A stretch of DNA of 64,000 nt from Candidatus Micrarchaeia archaeon (GTDB lineage: Archaea; Micrarchaeota; Micrarchaeia; Burarchaeales; JACRGF01). A model generated the notes under the pieces. The model was given only the letters and a program-made list of their open reading frames with translations. It did not search any database and was not told where the DNA came from. Shown one piece after another: positions 56,168 through 64,000 of this stretch (positions within the stretch are counted from its first letter, which is position 1; the number at the start of each line of letters is the position of its first letter). The position numbers and the translations under genes are program-made. Location: positions 3,734-67,733 of the forward strand of contig JAWCPB010000001.1 in NCBI GenBank assembly GCA_038870455.1, given 5' to 3'.

Positions 56168-57572
56168 GCCTTTCCTCCAGCAGTTTCATCGCCGCAAGAG
56201 CCTTTTCATCCTCAAACGCCTTTGCGTGGAACTGCGCGCCCACGCTCAGTCCGCCAATTTTCCCGCACGGGATCACGCCGGCGGGAATGCCGCACAGGTT
56301 CGCGCTGACAGTGAGGACATCGGAGAGGTACATCTCAAGCGGGTTGAGCTTCTCCCCGATTTTCCACGGAAGGACCGGCATGGCCGGCCCGAAGAGCACA
56401 TCGCACTTGGCGAGCGCGGCCTCGAATTCCTTCTTGAGCGCCGCGCGCGCCCTCAGCGTCTTGCCGAGCCACGCCTCATGGAATTCCTTCATGGTGATGA
56501 AAGTGCCGAGGAGAATGCGGCGCTTGACTTCCTTGCCGAGTGCCCTGTCACGCACTTCGCTGACCGCAGCGATGAGCGGCTTGGTGAGGTCGGCGGCCGC
56601 GCCGTACCGCAGGCCGTCGTACCTCTGCATGGCGGAAGAGAACTCGGCGAAGTTCAGGAGATAGTAAATGGGAATGGCGTACTCGATGGAGGGAATGGAG
56701 ACTTCGATGAGGGAAGCGCCGGTTTTCTCCAGCTTCCCTGCAGCCTCCCTCACGGCCTTTCCGACTTCCGCATTGACTCCTTCGAAAAACTGTTTTGGAA
56801 CGCCCACGCGCAGCCTTTCTTGAGCCGCGAGATTGAATTCCCTGGGCTTTACTCCCGCAGTGACAGGGTCGAGCTTGTCCTCGCCCGCGATGACTGAGAG
56901 CACCTGCGCGGCGCTCGCCGAGTCTGCCGCGAGCGGGCCGATCTGGTCGAGCGACATTCCCATGTCAATCAATCCGTAGCGCGAGACCAAGCCGTAAGAG
57001 GGCTTGAAGCCGACCACGCCGCAGAAAGCCGCTGGGCAGCGGATGCTTCCGCCCGTGTCGGTGCCGAGCGCGGCGTCGCAGAAGCCTGCCGCGACCGATG
57101 CGGCCGCGCCGCCGCTGCTCCCGCCCGGAACGCGCTCTTCATCAAGCGGGTTTCTGGTCGGGAAAAACGCGCTGTGAGTCGTGTCGCTTCCGCAAGCGAA
57201 TTCGTCCATGTTCGTGCTGCCGATGATTATTGCGTCCTCGGCGAGAAGGCGCTGCACAGCGGTCGCGGTGTATGGCGCAACGTAGTTTTCGAGCATTTTC
57301 GAGCTGCAGGTGGCCCTTTTTCCTTTCAAGCACAGGTTGCTTTTGATGGAGAAGACCACTCCGGCGAGCCGACCGAGCCTCTCGCCCCTCCTCGCCCTCG
57401 CATCAATTTCCCTGGCTTTCGCCAGCGCGTCTTTCTCAAACACCTCAACGAATGCATGAATGCGCCCATCCCTCTTGCGAATCGCCTCAAGAAAGCCCGC
57501 CGTGCGCTCTTCCGCGGATAGCCTGCCATCCCTCACCGCCTTTGCGGTCTCGAAGACGCCCATTTTATTCAC
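56160..57572 (-). CDS. gatA: glutamyl-tRNA(Gln)/aspartyl-tRNA(Asn) amidotransferase subunit A
   Basis: Amidase signature GGSSGGAAASVAAG...GTDTGGSIRCPAAFCG. Confidence 0.93.
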   Translation of the reverse strand: MNKMGVFETAKAVRDGRLSAEERTAGFLEAIRKRDGRIHAFVEVFEKDALAKAREIDARARRGERLGRLAGVVFSIKSNLCLKGKRATCSSKMLENYVAPYTATAVQRLLAEDAIIIGSTNMDEFACGSDTTHSAFFPTRNPLDEERVPGGSSGGAAASVAAGFCDAALGTDTGGSIRCPAAFCGVVGFKPSYGLVSRYGLIDMGMSLDQIGPLAADSASAAQVLSVIAGEDKLDPVTAGVKPREFNLAAQERLRVGVPKQFFEGVNAEVGKAVREAAGKLEKTGASLIEVSIPSIEYAIPIYYLLNFAEFSSAMQRYDGLRYGAAADLTKPLIAAVSEVRDRALGKEVKRRILLGTFITMKEFHEAWLGKTLRARAALKKEFEAALAKCDVLFGPAMPVLPWKIGEKLNPLEMYLSDVLTVSANLCGIPAGVIPCGKIGGLSVGAQFHAKAFEDEKALAAMKLLEERHA

Positions 57573-57850
57573 TCCAGCGACTTGGGCGCGGAAAGAAACC
57601 TGCCCTCCTTCCTGTTGAAGTTCGCGAGAATACCCTCAACCTCTTCGCATTCCTCCGCCATGTCCTCCCTGAGGGCGTTGGCGAGCTCCCTTCCGTAGTA
57701 ACGGGCCTCGCCTTCGCCCATCTTCCGTATTTTCGAGAAATGCGCGAGAATCTCCTCGAGCTCTTTCCTGAATGAAGCCAGCTCGGCCTGCGACAGGCGG
57801 AGCCTCGCGATCTCGGCGACCTTGCGCAGTGTTTCTTCAGAGAATTTCAC
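57569..57850 (-). CDS. gatC: amidotransferase subunit C
   Basis: 93 aa, GatC-like (VAEIARLRLSQAEL). Overlaps the gatA start by 4 nt. Confidence 0.8.
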   Translation of the reverse strand: MKFSEETLRKVAEIARLRLSQAELASFRKELEEILAHFSKIRKMGEGEARYYGRELANALREDMAEECEEVEGILANFNRKEGRFLSAPKSLE

Positions 57851-57859
57851 GGGCTCGCC

Positions 57860-59248
57860 TCACGGCATCCTCTTCCCGAAATACTCACGCAGCGCCAGTG
57901 TGCACGCCTCGTTCTTCAGAGCCTGCGCTCCCTCGAGCACCCTGAACCCCCTTCTCAGCGAAGCCGCGATGTGCGAGGGCAGGGCGTACTTCAGCGGGCG
58001 CGCCACGATCTCCTTCAGGAGTGAAGCCGCGGTGGTGTGCCGCCTTCTCTCTATCGCGACCGCCCTCGTCCCCTCAATGAACGGGCCTCCGAGCGCGCGG
58101 CCGTGTGCTGCCACGAAAGCATCGAGGTCCTGTGCATGCCACACGTCGGGACCCCTGACCTTCCTCGCGGGGGACAGCTCGGCGACCTCGAGCTCGAAGA
58201 GGAGGACGCACGATTTTTTCTCGTCGCTCCACCACCCGCTGCCGATGAGGCGGAAGCCGGCCGCCTCCAGGTGCTTCGAGACTGCATGCGCGGCTTTCTT
58301 GAGCTGGGGCCACAGCACGTCCGGAACGACGCCCGGAGCGCGGAATAGAAGGACGAGCACGTTCTTTCTCTCGGCGAGGGCTTTCCTGAGGCGGGCGGCC
58401 GAAATCTCTTTTTTCGCCGGGAAAAAGAACCTCTCGCTCGGCTTCTTCAAGAACTTTCTCGCCGCGCAGACGAACGTGGCGAGCGAGGCCTCGCTCACCA
58501 CGGCAGCGACGTTTCTCTCCCTGTCCACGGGATCAACGGCTATCATCGGTGTGGGGAACTTCTGGCCCAGCGCGCGCTCGTCATAATGCTTTTCCACGTC
58601 AATGACGGGTCTCCGCCACCTTTCGACCGCGGCAATCACGTTGGCGAAAGAACCGTAGTGCGCAACGAGCAGCTCGCACAAGTAGCCCGAAAAGCCTTCG
58701 ACTTTGAGCTCGGCGCCGTACGCGTCGATGCCTTTGAGGAAGGCCTTGAGCAGCCGCACGTCATCCCGCTGTTTTTCGGTGAGCCTGGCCTTGACCCACT
58801 TGGTGTGCAGCTGGCTCCTGTCCACGCTCGTGGCCTTCTCGCTGATCTCCTCTATCTTGTAGCTCGGGACGATGTCGGCGTCGCACGCCTCGAAGCTCGC
58901 GTGCAGGTAAGGATGCTCGGCGTAGCCAATCGTCCAGGGGTGGGGCGCGATGGCGGCCTTGGCCCACCGGAGGCCCAGCGTTTCGAGCTGTTTCCTGGAA
59001 TATGTTTTCGGAAATAGGATGAACACATCGAAGTCCCTGTCGCCCTTGAGGTTGGTTTGCTTGGCGATGCTGCCCGCGAGCTCGACCTCGACATCCCCCG
59101 GGATGACTGCCTTGAGCCGCGCCATGATTCTGTCCGCGAGCAGGCGCTCGGCGAACTCCTCGCTCCTTGTCGGTTTTATCTTCCGAAGCACACGCGCGCA
59201 CACCCGCTCGAGCTCTGCCGCGGTGGCTTCGATGCCGGTTTCCTTCAC
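57860..59248 (-). CDS. cca: CCA-adding enzyme (archaeal class I tRNA nucleotidyltransferase)
   Basis: GSIAKQTNLKGDRDFDVFILFP (catalytic DxD), YAEHPYLHA, and RLLKAFLKGIDAYGAE...GFSGYLCELLV. The start was moved to the GTG at 59248 (VKETGIE...) because the upstream AT-rich segment is the promoter. Confidence 0.88.
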   Translation of the reverse strand: MKETGIEATAAELERVCARVLRKIKPTRSEEFAERLLADRIMARLKAVIPGDVEVELAGSIAKQTNLKGDRDFDVFILFPKTYSRKQLETLGLRWAKAAIAPHPWTIGYAEHPYLHASFEACDADIVPSYKIEEISEKATSVDRSQLHTKWVKARLTEKQRDDVRLLKAFLKGIDAYGAELKVEGFSGYLCELLVAHYGSFANVIAAVERWRRPVIDVEKHYDERALGQKFPTPMIAVDPVDRERNVAAVVSEASLATFVCAARKFLKKPSERFFFPAKKEISAARLRKALAERKNVLVLLFRAPGVVPDVLWPQLKKAAHAVSKHLEAAGFRLIGSGWWSDEKKSCVLLFELEVAELSPARKVRGPDVWHAQDLDAFVAAHGRALGGPFIEGTRAVAIERRRHTTAASLLKEIVARPLKYALPSHIAASLRRGFRVLEGAQALKNEACTLALREYFGKRMP

Positions 59249-59267
59249 GCCCGTTATTTTACCAATC

Positions 59268-59281
59268 AATAATATTAATAA
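59268..59281. promoter_or_regulatory. bidirectional AT-rich TATA region (cca / pilin-like gene)
   Basis: AATAATATTAATAA lies ~25 nt from the cca GTG (minus strand) and ~25-33 nt from the ATG at 59304 (plus strand). Confidence 0.5.
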
Positions 59282-59303
59282 CGCGTATTGCATAGCTCTC
59301 TGC

Positions 59304-59729
59304 ATGAGGGGCCAGGCGGGCGTAGAGGTCCTCATTGTCGTCGGCATCATCGTCGTCCTGCTCATTCCGTTCATTCTCGGAATCTACGCGCAGGCGCAGA
59401 CTTTCGGTGACCAGGTGAACGTCAATCAGGCGGACAGGATGGCGCTCACGCTGTCGGAGGCCGTGGATGTCGTCGTGGCGAGCGGGGAGGGCAGCAACCT
59501 GACCGTTTTCGTGACCACGCCCGCGAACGTGCAGGAGATTCGGGCGGGCGGCCGCGAGATAGTCATCCGCCTGGCCGTCATAGGCGGAGAGACGGAGATA
59601 GTCAAGACGACCAGGGCGAACCTCACCAGCCAGAACCTGGACAGGATCCGCTCGCCCGGAACGTACAAGGTTTTCGTGGCCGCAGAGCGCTCCCCCGCGG
59701 GCGCGCTCGCGCGCATAGAGCCCGCGTGA
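59304..59729 (+). CDS. pilin-like protein with class III (type IV prepilin-like) signal peptide
   Basis: MRGQAGVEVLIVVGIIVVLLIPFILGI: short basic N-terminus, G-Q cleavage-site context, then a ~22-residue hydrophobic helix. 141 aa. The ORF-track upstream extension was rejected. Confidence 0.6.
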   Translation: MRGQAGVEVLIVVGIIVVLLIPFILGIYAQAQTFGDQVNVNQADRMALTLSEAVDVVVASGEGSNLTVFVTTPANVQEIRAGGREIVIRLAVIGGETEIVKTTRANLTSQNLDRIRSPGTYKVFVAAERSPAGALARIEPA

Positions 59730-59805
59730 AGGTGGGAGCACGCCGCTTTCAAAGCTCGAGGTTCTGGAGAGAAAGAGAAGGCGCCTGGCTTACTAGCTCG
59801 AGAGC

Positions 59806-60087
59806 GTGACGCGAGAGATCAGCGAGCTCACCCTCAAGGGAGCCAAGGAGCTTGCGAGGGAAGCGCATTCGTTCTTCACCGACATCGACGTCGTCGTGCT
59901 CCTGCTGTGGTCGCTCATCTCGCCCGCGGCGGGGCTCGCCTACATAGCATGGGTGAGGTATCCACGCCTGCGATTTTACGTCATCCCGCCTCTCGCGCTC
60001 GTGAGCATCGTGCAGTTTATCCTGCAGTGGAGCTGGGTGATTTACTTCCTGCTGCGGATGTTCAGAGCCCTGCCTTCGCTGCCTTAA
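59806..60087 (+). CDS. small membrane protein, hypothetical
   Basis: 93 aa with two hydrophobic helices. The competing antisense ORF 59749-60147 is Arg/Glu-rich low-complexity. Confidence 0.3.
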   Translation: MTREISELTLKGAKELAREAHSFFTDIDVVVLLLWSLISPAAGLAYIAWVRYPRLRFYVIPPLALVSIVQFILQWSWVIYFLLRMFRALPSLP

Positions 60088-61201
60088 AGCCCGCTCCCCT
60101 GCGGGTTTTTTTCGTCGCGCGCTCGAGCAGCTTGGCCAGCTCGTCAAGCAGGTTGTGGAAAATGAGCTTTAGGTCCCACCCTTGAATGCTGGCATTCACC
60201 CTCTCCTTGGCGGTCTGCACGCTGCCCGCCAGCGAGTAAAGGTGCCGGGCGCCCCTCACGCGCTGTTTTTTCGCCGCCACGCGCATTTTCTGGATGGTGT
60301 AGGCTTTTCCGTACTTGGCGAGGAACCTGTCCAAGTACCCGCGCAACACGCCAACGCTCTCCCTGTCCTCGGCGTCGAAGCCGCTGAGCTCAGCCCGCGG
60401 CTCCTCGACCACCAGGATGTTTCCGAAAATGTCTTTGGCTGAAATAAGCCCCAGCGGCCTCTCTCCCTCCCCGAGCACAATGAGCGTCGAAACGTTTTTG
60501 TCTGCCATGAGCAGCGCGGCGTCGGCGAGGCTTGCGTCCGGCGGAACCGCATCGACAGGCTCCCTCTTGAGGGAGCTCACGGGCTGTTCGCTGAGCCCCA
60601 GCCTTTCCCTGACAAGCGGGGGCCTGTCCTTCGGCTTGGCGAGCGCGGTGCTGAGCTCGAAAGTGCCTATCACCCCTGAAAACCGCCCGCTCTCGTCCAC
60701 CACAACGAGCCTCTTGACCTTTTTCTCCCTCATGCTCGCCCTCGCCGCAGCGAGGGAAGCGCTTTCCGGAATCGTGGCGGCCGGAGCGCTCATGAAGTCA
60801 GCCACCCTCCCCTTTGGAAGGAGGTTTCCCTTCGCCAGCGCAGCGAGCACTTCCGCCCTCGCCACCACCGCGGAGGGTTTTTCCCTCTCAACGACCGGCA
60901 GGGCCTTGAAAGGCGAGTTGTAGAACAGCCTGCAGATTTCCAGCAGGCTGGCGCCCCTCTCCACAGCGGGCGCCGGAACGGCGTACGCACCGGCCTTCGC
61001 CTTCGTGGGGTCGGGCGGCATTCTCGTGATGCACCTGTCGTCGATTATTCCCTCGTACTTTCCGTTCCTCGTGACGACCACGCACGTGCCTGTTTTCGCA
61101 AGCTCCGCCGCGACTTTGCTCAACGGTTCTTCGAAGTCGAACACGACGGGCTTCTGTTCCCTGATCTCCACCATGGCAACCCCCCTCATTTCCTCTCGCA
61201 C
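60062..61201 (-). CDS. CBS-domain protein (tandem CBS pairs + C-terminal domain)
   Basis: Four CBS-like units (...VADFMSAPAATIPESASLAAARASMREKKVKRLVVVDESGRFSGVIG...). Confidence 0.75.
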   Translation of the reverse strand: MREEMRGVAMVEIREQKPVVFDFEEPLSKVAAELAKTGTCVVVTRNGKYEGIIDDRCITRMPPDPTKAKAGAYAVPAPAVERGASLLEICRLFYNSPFKALPVVEREKPSAVVARAEVLAALAKGNLLPKGRVADFMSAPAATIPESASLAAARASMREKKVKRLVVVDESGRFSGVIGTFELSTALAKPKDRPPLVRERLGLSEQPVSSLKREPVDAVPPDASLADAALLMADKNVSTLIVLGEGERPLGLISAKDIFGNILVVEEPRAELSGFDAEDRESVGVLRGYLDRFLAKYGKAYTIQKMRVAAKKQRVRGARHLYSLAGSVQTAKERVNASIQGWDLKLIFHNLLDELAKLLERATKKTRRGAGFKAAKAGL

Positions 61202-61479
61202 GCCTTCTCAAGCTCGAAAAAATGCTGTTCGGACAGCACGAACCGCAGCTCGTGGCGGTCGCCCATGACGTCGAACGCGGTGAGCTGCGCCTCCACCTTC
61301 CCCAACTGCAGCCTCCTTGAAATCCTCAGCTCCCTCGCGTACCCGAGCGGAATTTTCAGCGACTGGCTTCCCTTCACCGCCAGCCCCCTCTCGCAAACCT
61401 CGATAGAGCCCGCCGGGGAGTCGAACGCGTCGCCGTAAATCGGGATTGACGAAATCGTTTTTCCAAGCAGCGCATCCAT
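61186..61479 (-). CDS. hypothetical small protein
   Basis: Internal ATG (MDALLGKTIS...). No motif. Confidence 0.35.
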   Translation of the reverse strand: MDALLGKTISSIPIYGDAFDSPAGSIEVCERGLAVKGSQSLKIPLGYARELRISRRLQLGKVEAQLTAFDVMGDRHELRFVLSEQHFFELEKACERK

Positions 61480-61553
61480 TGACAGTCGCCGAAGCCAATT
61501 GGGGAGATAGCCTTTAAATACGCATCTCCCAAAGTTAGGCAGCGAGGTAAAAA

Positions 61554-62132
61554 ATGGCAAGGCGCGTGCGAAAAGGGCAGTCTGCGATGGAGTACCTCAT
61601 CACCTACGGGTGGGCGCTGCTCATCATGCTCGCCGTGCTTGCCACGCTCTACTCCATGGGCCTCTTCCGGCCCTCGAGGTACATGCCCCAGGAGTGCGTC
61701 TTCCAGCCGAGCTTCACGTGCCCCTCGTTCATCCTCAAGCAGATTCCCACCGGGGGATACAACCTGTCCTTCACTGCGGTGAACGGCCTGGGCTTTGACA
61801 TCATCGTTGATGAAGCCAACCTGACTACGGAAGACGTGGGCATGCCGGGCAAGCAGGTTTATTCCTCCGCGCTCTGTTCGGCCACGGGCTTGCCGCGGTG
61901 CGAGGTTCTCGTGAATGGAAACTACCCGCCCACGGGTGTCGTACGGCCGGGCGACGCGGTGGTGTTCTCTTTCCTCATCTTTGAAAACACCGCCGCGCCT
62001 ACGGTGGGCTCGCTCGAGCGCGCTCACGTTTCGCTCGCCTATCGCAACTGCGCGGTGGCCACGCGGGACTGCGAGGACGGCACGCCCCACGTCATCAGCG
62101 GCAGGATAACCGCGGTTGTCGAGCCTGGCTGA
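61554..62132 (+). CDS. archaeal type IV pilin-like protein (class III signal peptide)
   Basis: MARRVRKGQSAMEYLITYGWALLIMLAVLATL: canonical KGQ|SAMEYL cleavage context for PibD-type prepilin peptidases. Cys-containing globular domain. Confidence 0.8.
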   Translation: MARRVRKGQSAMEYLITYGWALLIMLAVLATLYSMGLFRPSRYMPQECVFQPSFTCPSFILKQIPTGGYNLSFTAVNGLGFDIIVDEANLTTEDVGMPGKQVYSSALCSATGLPRCEVLVNGNYPPTGVVRPGDAVVFSFLIFENTAAPTVGSLERAHVSLAYRNCAVATRDCEDGTPHVISGRITAVVEPG

Positions 62133-62152
62133 GGCCCCGCCCACCGCCATAT

Positions 62153-62162
62153 TTTTATATAC
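62153..62162 (+). promoter_or_regulatory. TATA box upstream of smc
   Basis: TTTTTATATA lies ~32-41 nt upstream of the ATG at 62194. Confidence 0.45.
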
Positions 62163-62193
62163 CTTCAGCGAGCCTATTCTAGGCGACCCGTAA

Positions 62194-64000
62194 ATGTTTA
62201 TTTCGCGCATCCGCTTCCGTAACTTCAAGTCTTTCCGCTATGCAGACATTCCGCTCTCCAAGGGCTTTGTGTGCCTGGCAGGCCCCAACGGCTCGGGCAA
62301 GAGCAACATCTGCGACGCCATCCGCTTCGCGCTCGGCGAGAACTCGCTCAAGGCCATTCGCGCGAAGAAAGTCTCCGACCTCATAACCACGGGCGCGGAC
62401 AAGGCCGAAATCCACCTTCACCTCGACGGCGAGGCGGATTATGAGATAAAGCGCGCCATCCGAAGCGACGGCAAGACCGCGTACAGGCTGAACGGAAAGC
62501 GGACCACACGCAGCCTCGTGCTCGACGCGCTGCGGCCGCATGGCGTGGAGGCGAGCGCGCACAACGTCATCGCACAGGGCGAGGTTGAGCGCATCGTCCA
62601 GATGTCGCCCAAAGAAAGGCGGGAGATAATAGACCACGTGGCGGGCATCAGCGATTACGAGGAGAAGAAAAAGGAGGCACTGAGGGAGCTCGATGCAGTG
62701 GAGGGGAAAATCGGGGACGCAACGCTCATCCTCAAGGAAAGGGAGGGCGTGTTGGCCGAGCTCGAGAAAGAGCGTGATGCTGCGCTCAAGTACCTGGAAA
62801 TCAAGGGCAGGCTGCAGCGCCTCAAGGGCTCGCTGCTTTACACGGAGCTGCAGAAAGCTGAGAGGGACCACGCGCGCGCCGTGGAGAAGGGCGTGGCGCT
62901 CGCGGCCGAGCTCGACAGAATGCAGGGGGAGCTGGCCGCGCTCGATGCGAGGATAAAGGAGGGTGAGGCGAAACGCGATGCGATAGTCTCGAGCATCAAC
63001 GAGCTTGGCGGAACTGAGAAGGCGCTGCGCGAGGTGGAGGAACTCAAGCGCGCCCAAGCCCTCGAAGAGAACGAGAGGAAGAACAGGCAGGCCGAGGCGG
63101 GCAGGCTGCGGGGAAGGCTCAGGGAATTCATGGAAGAGGCGGACACGGTGGAGATGAAGCTCGGCGCTTTCGGCAGCGACGTGCGCGCCTGGAGCGAAGA
63201 GCTCGCGTCGCTCTCTAAGGAGCTGGCCGGCCTCGAGGCCGAGCGGGCTCGCCTGGAGGGGGAGGCCGGCGTGGGAACGCGCGCGCTCGAAGCCGCGAGA
63301 ACCGAGGTCGAGCTTCTAGGCCAGGCGCTCGAGTCCGCGAAAGACTCGCTCAACTCCCTCGAGCTCGAGAAGGCCAAGGCGCTTCAAGGAAAAGAGGCCG
63401 CGGCGCGCGAGCGCGCGCGCATTCAGGCCGAGCTGGAAGAGGGCGGCGGAAAAATCAGCGGGCTGAAGGAAAAAGCGAGGGAAGCGCTCGACGAAGCCGC
63501 CAAAGCAGGAAGGGAGCTCGACAACCTGTTCGCGAAGGAAAAGGAGTTGAACGCGCGCCTCGTCGAGCTCGAAAAAGAACTGCTTTCCGTGAGGGAAAAG
63601 TGGGCGGTCGCGAGAGCGGCCGCGGGCAGGGAGCCGGCCGCGGACGCCATCGACTTTGTTCGCTCGCTGCGCGACAAGCGGGTTGTCAAAGGCATTCACG
63701 GGACTGTCGGCGAGCTGTGCTCCTTCGCCCCGGACATTGCGGTCGCCGTGGAGGCGGCCGCCGGCCTGCGCCTCAACTACATCATCGTGGACAGCGTTGA
63801 TGCCGCGAGCGAGGCCGTCAGGCTTCTCAAGCAGAAGAAGGCAGGCAGGTGCACTTTCATTCCATTGGACAGGAAGTTCTCTGCGGCAAAGGCCGAGGCT
63901 CGGGAGGGCGCGCGCCCGCTCCTCGAACTCATCCAGTTCGATGCCAAGCTTCTGCCTGCCATGCACTATGTCTTCGGCGACACCCTGCTCGTCAAGGACC
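62194..64000 (+). CDS. smc: chromosome segregation protein SMC, N-terminal part (continues beyond window end)
   Basis: Manual translation from the ATG at 62194: MFISRIRFRNFKSFRYADIPLSKGFVCLAGPNGSGKSNICDAIRFALGE (Walker A head), a long coiled coil, then the hinge motif (GIHGTVGELCSF...DAKLLPAMHYVFGDTLLV). Absent from the ORF track because it is edge-truncated. Confidence 0.9.
   Translation, partial: MFISRIRFRNFKSFRYADIPLSKGFVCLAGPNGSGKSNICDAIRFALGENSLKAIRAKKVSDLITTGADKAEIHLHLDGEADYEIKRAIRSDGKTAYRLNGKRTTRSLVLDALRPHGVEASAHNVIAQGEVERIVQMSPKERREIIDHVAGISDYEEKKKEALRELDAVEGKIGDATLILKEREGVLAELEKERDAALKYLEIKGRLQRLKGSLLYTELQKAERDHARAVEKGVALAAELDRMQGELAALDARIKEGEAKRDAIVSSINELGGTEKALREVEELKRAQALEENERKNRQAEAGRLRGRLREFMEEADTVEMKLGAFGSDVRAWSEELASLSKELAGLEAERARLEGEAGVGTRALEAARTEVELLGQALESAKDSLNSLELEKAKALQGKEAAARERARIQAELEEGGGKISGLKEKAREALDEAAKAGRELDNLFAKEKELNARLVELEKELLSVREKWAVARAAAGREPAADAIDFVRSLRDKRVVKGIHGTVGELCSFAPDIAVAVEAAAGLRLNYIIVDSVDAASEAVRLLKQKKAGRCTFIPLDRKFSAAKAEAREGARPLLELIQFDAKLLPAMHYVFGDTLLVKD

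Noticed and set aside
61374-63966. Long minus-strand ORFs 61374-62228, 62179-63057 and 63316-63966
   Set aside because: They are antisense to the pilin gene and to smc (found by manual translation, with Walker A and hinge motifs). They are Arg/Ala-rich shadow ORFs.

Overview
This is a high-GC (~62%) archaeal chromosomal segment. Evidence for archaeal origin: two FtsZ genes, aIF2-gamma, archaeal-type ProRS and LeuRS, ribosomal proteins S6e and L10e, a class I CCA-adding enzyme, an archaeal NMN adenylyltransferase, type III RuBisCO, class III (pilin-type) signal peptides, and TATA-box promoters. FtsZ-based division combined with multi-intron tRNAs suggests an uncultivated, possibly DPANN-like, lineage; that placement is inference.

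Gene content is mostly housekeeping: ilvBH, proC, proS, leuS, gatCAB, cca, RNase J, a complete glycine-cleavage/lipoylation operon, and rps6e/uspA/aIF2-gamma. These are interleaved with many secreted or lipobox-type glycoprotein candidates.

The most interesting items are:
- A roughly 8.7 kb minus-strand operon of six tandem paralogous polytopic membrane proteins that share conserved motifs, co-transcribed with a GspE/VirB11/FlaI-family ATPase. I could not assign the membrane proteins to any known family. This is a candidate undescribed membrane secretion or pilus-like system.
- Two tRNA genes with non-canonical introns. tRNA-Ala(CGC) has three introns (D-loop, anticodon 37/38, T-loop), and tRNA-Gln(UUG) has a D-loop intron. 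The two D-loop introns are homologous to each other.
- Adjacent ftsZ paralogs.
- A split rubredoxin plus FTR-like (FDR) gene pair separated by an in-frame TGA.
- A duplicated 64-nt double-hairpin element.
- A low-GC islet carrying NUDIX and PLC-like genes.
- Two pilin-like genes with class III signal peptides.

The ORF track includes non-ATG starts shown as M, and it omits edge-truncated genes. The SMC gene at the 3' edge and the DUF296 gene at the 5' edge were found by manual translation.
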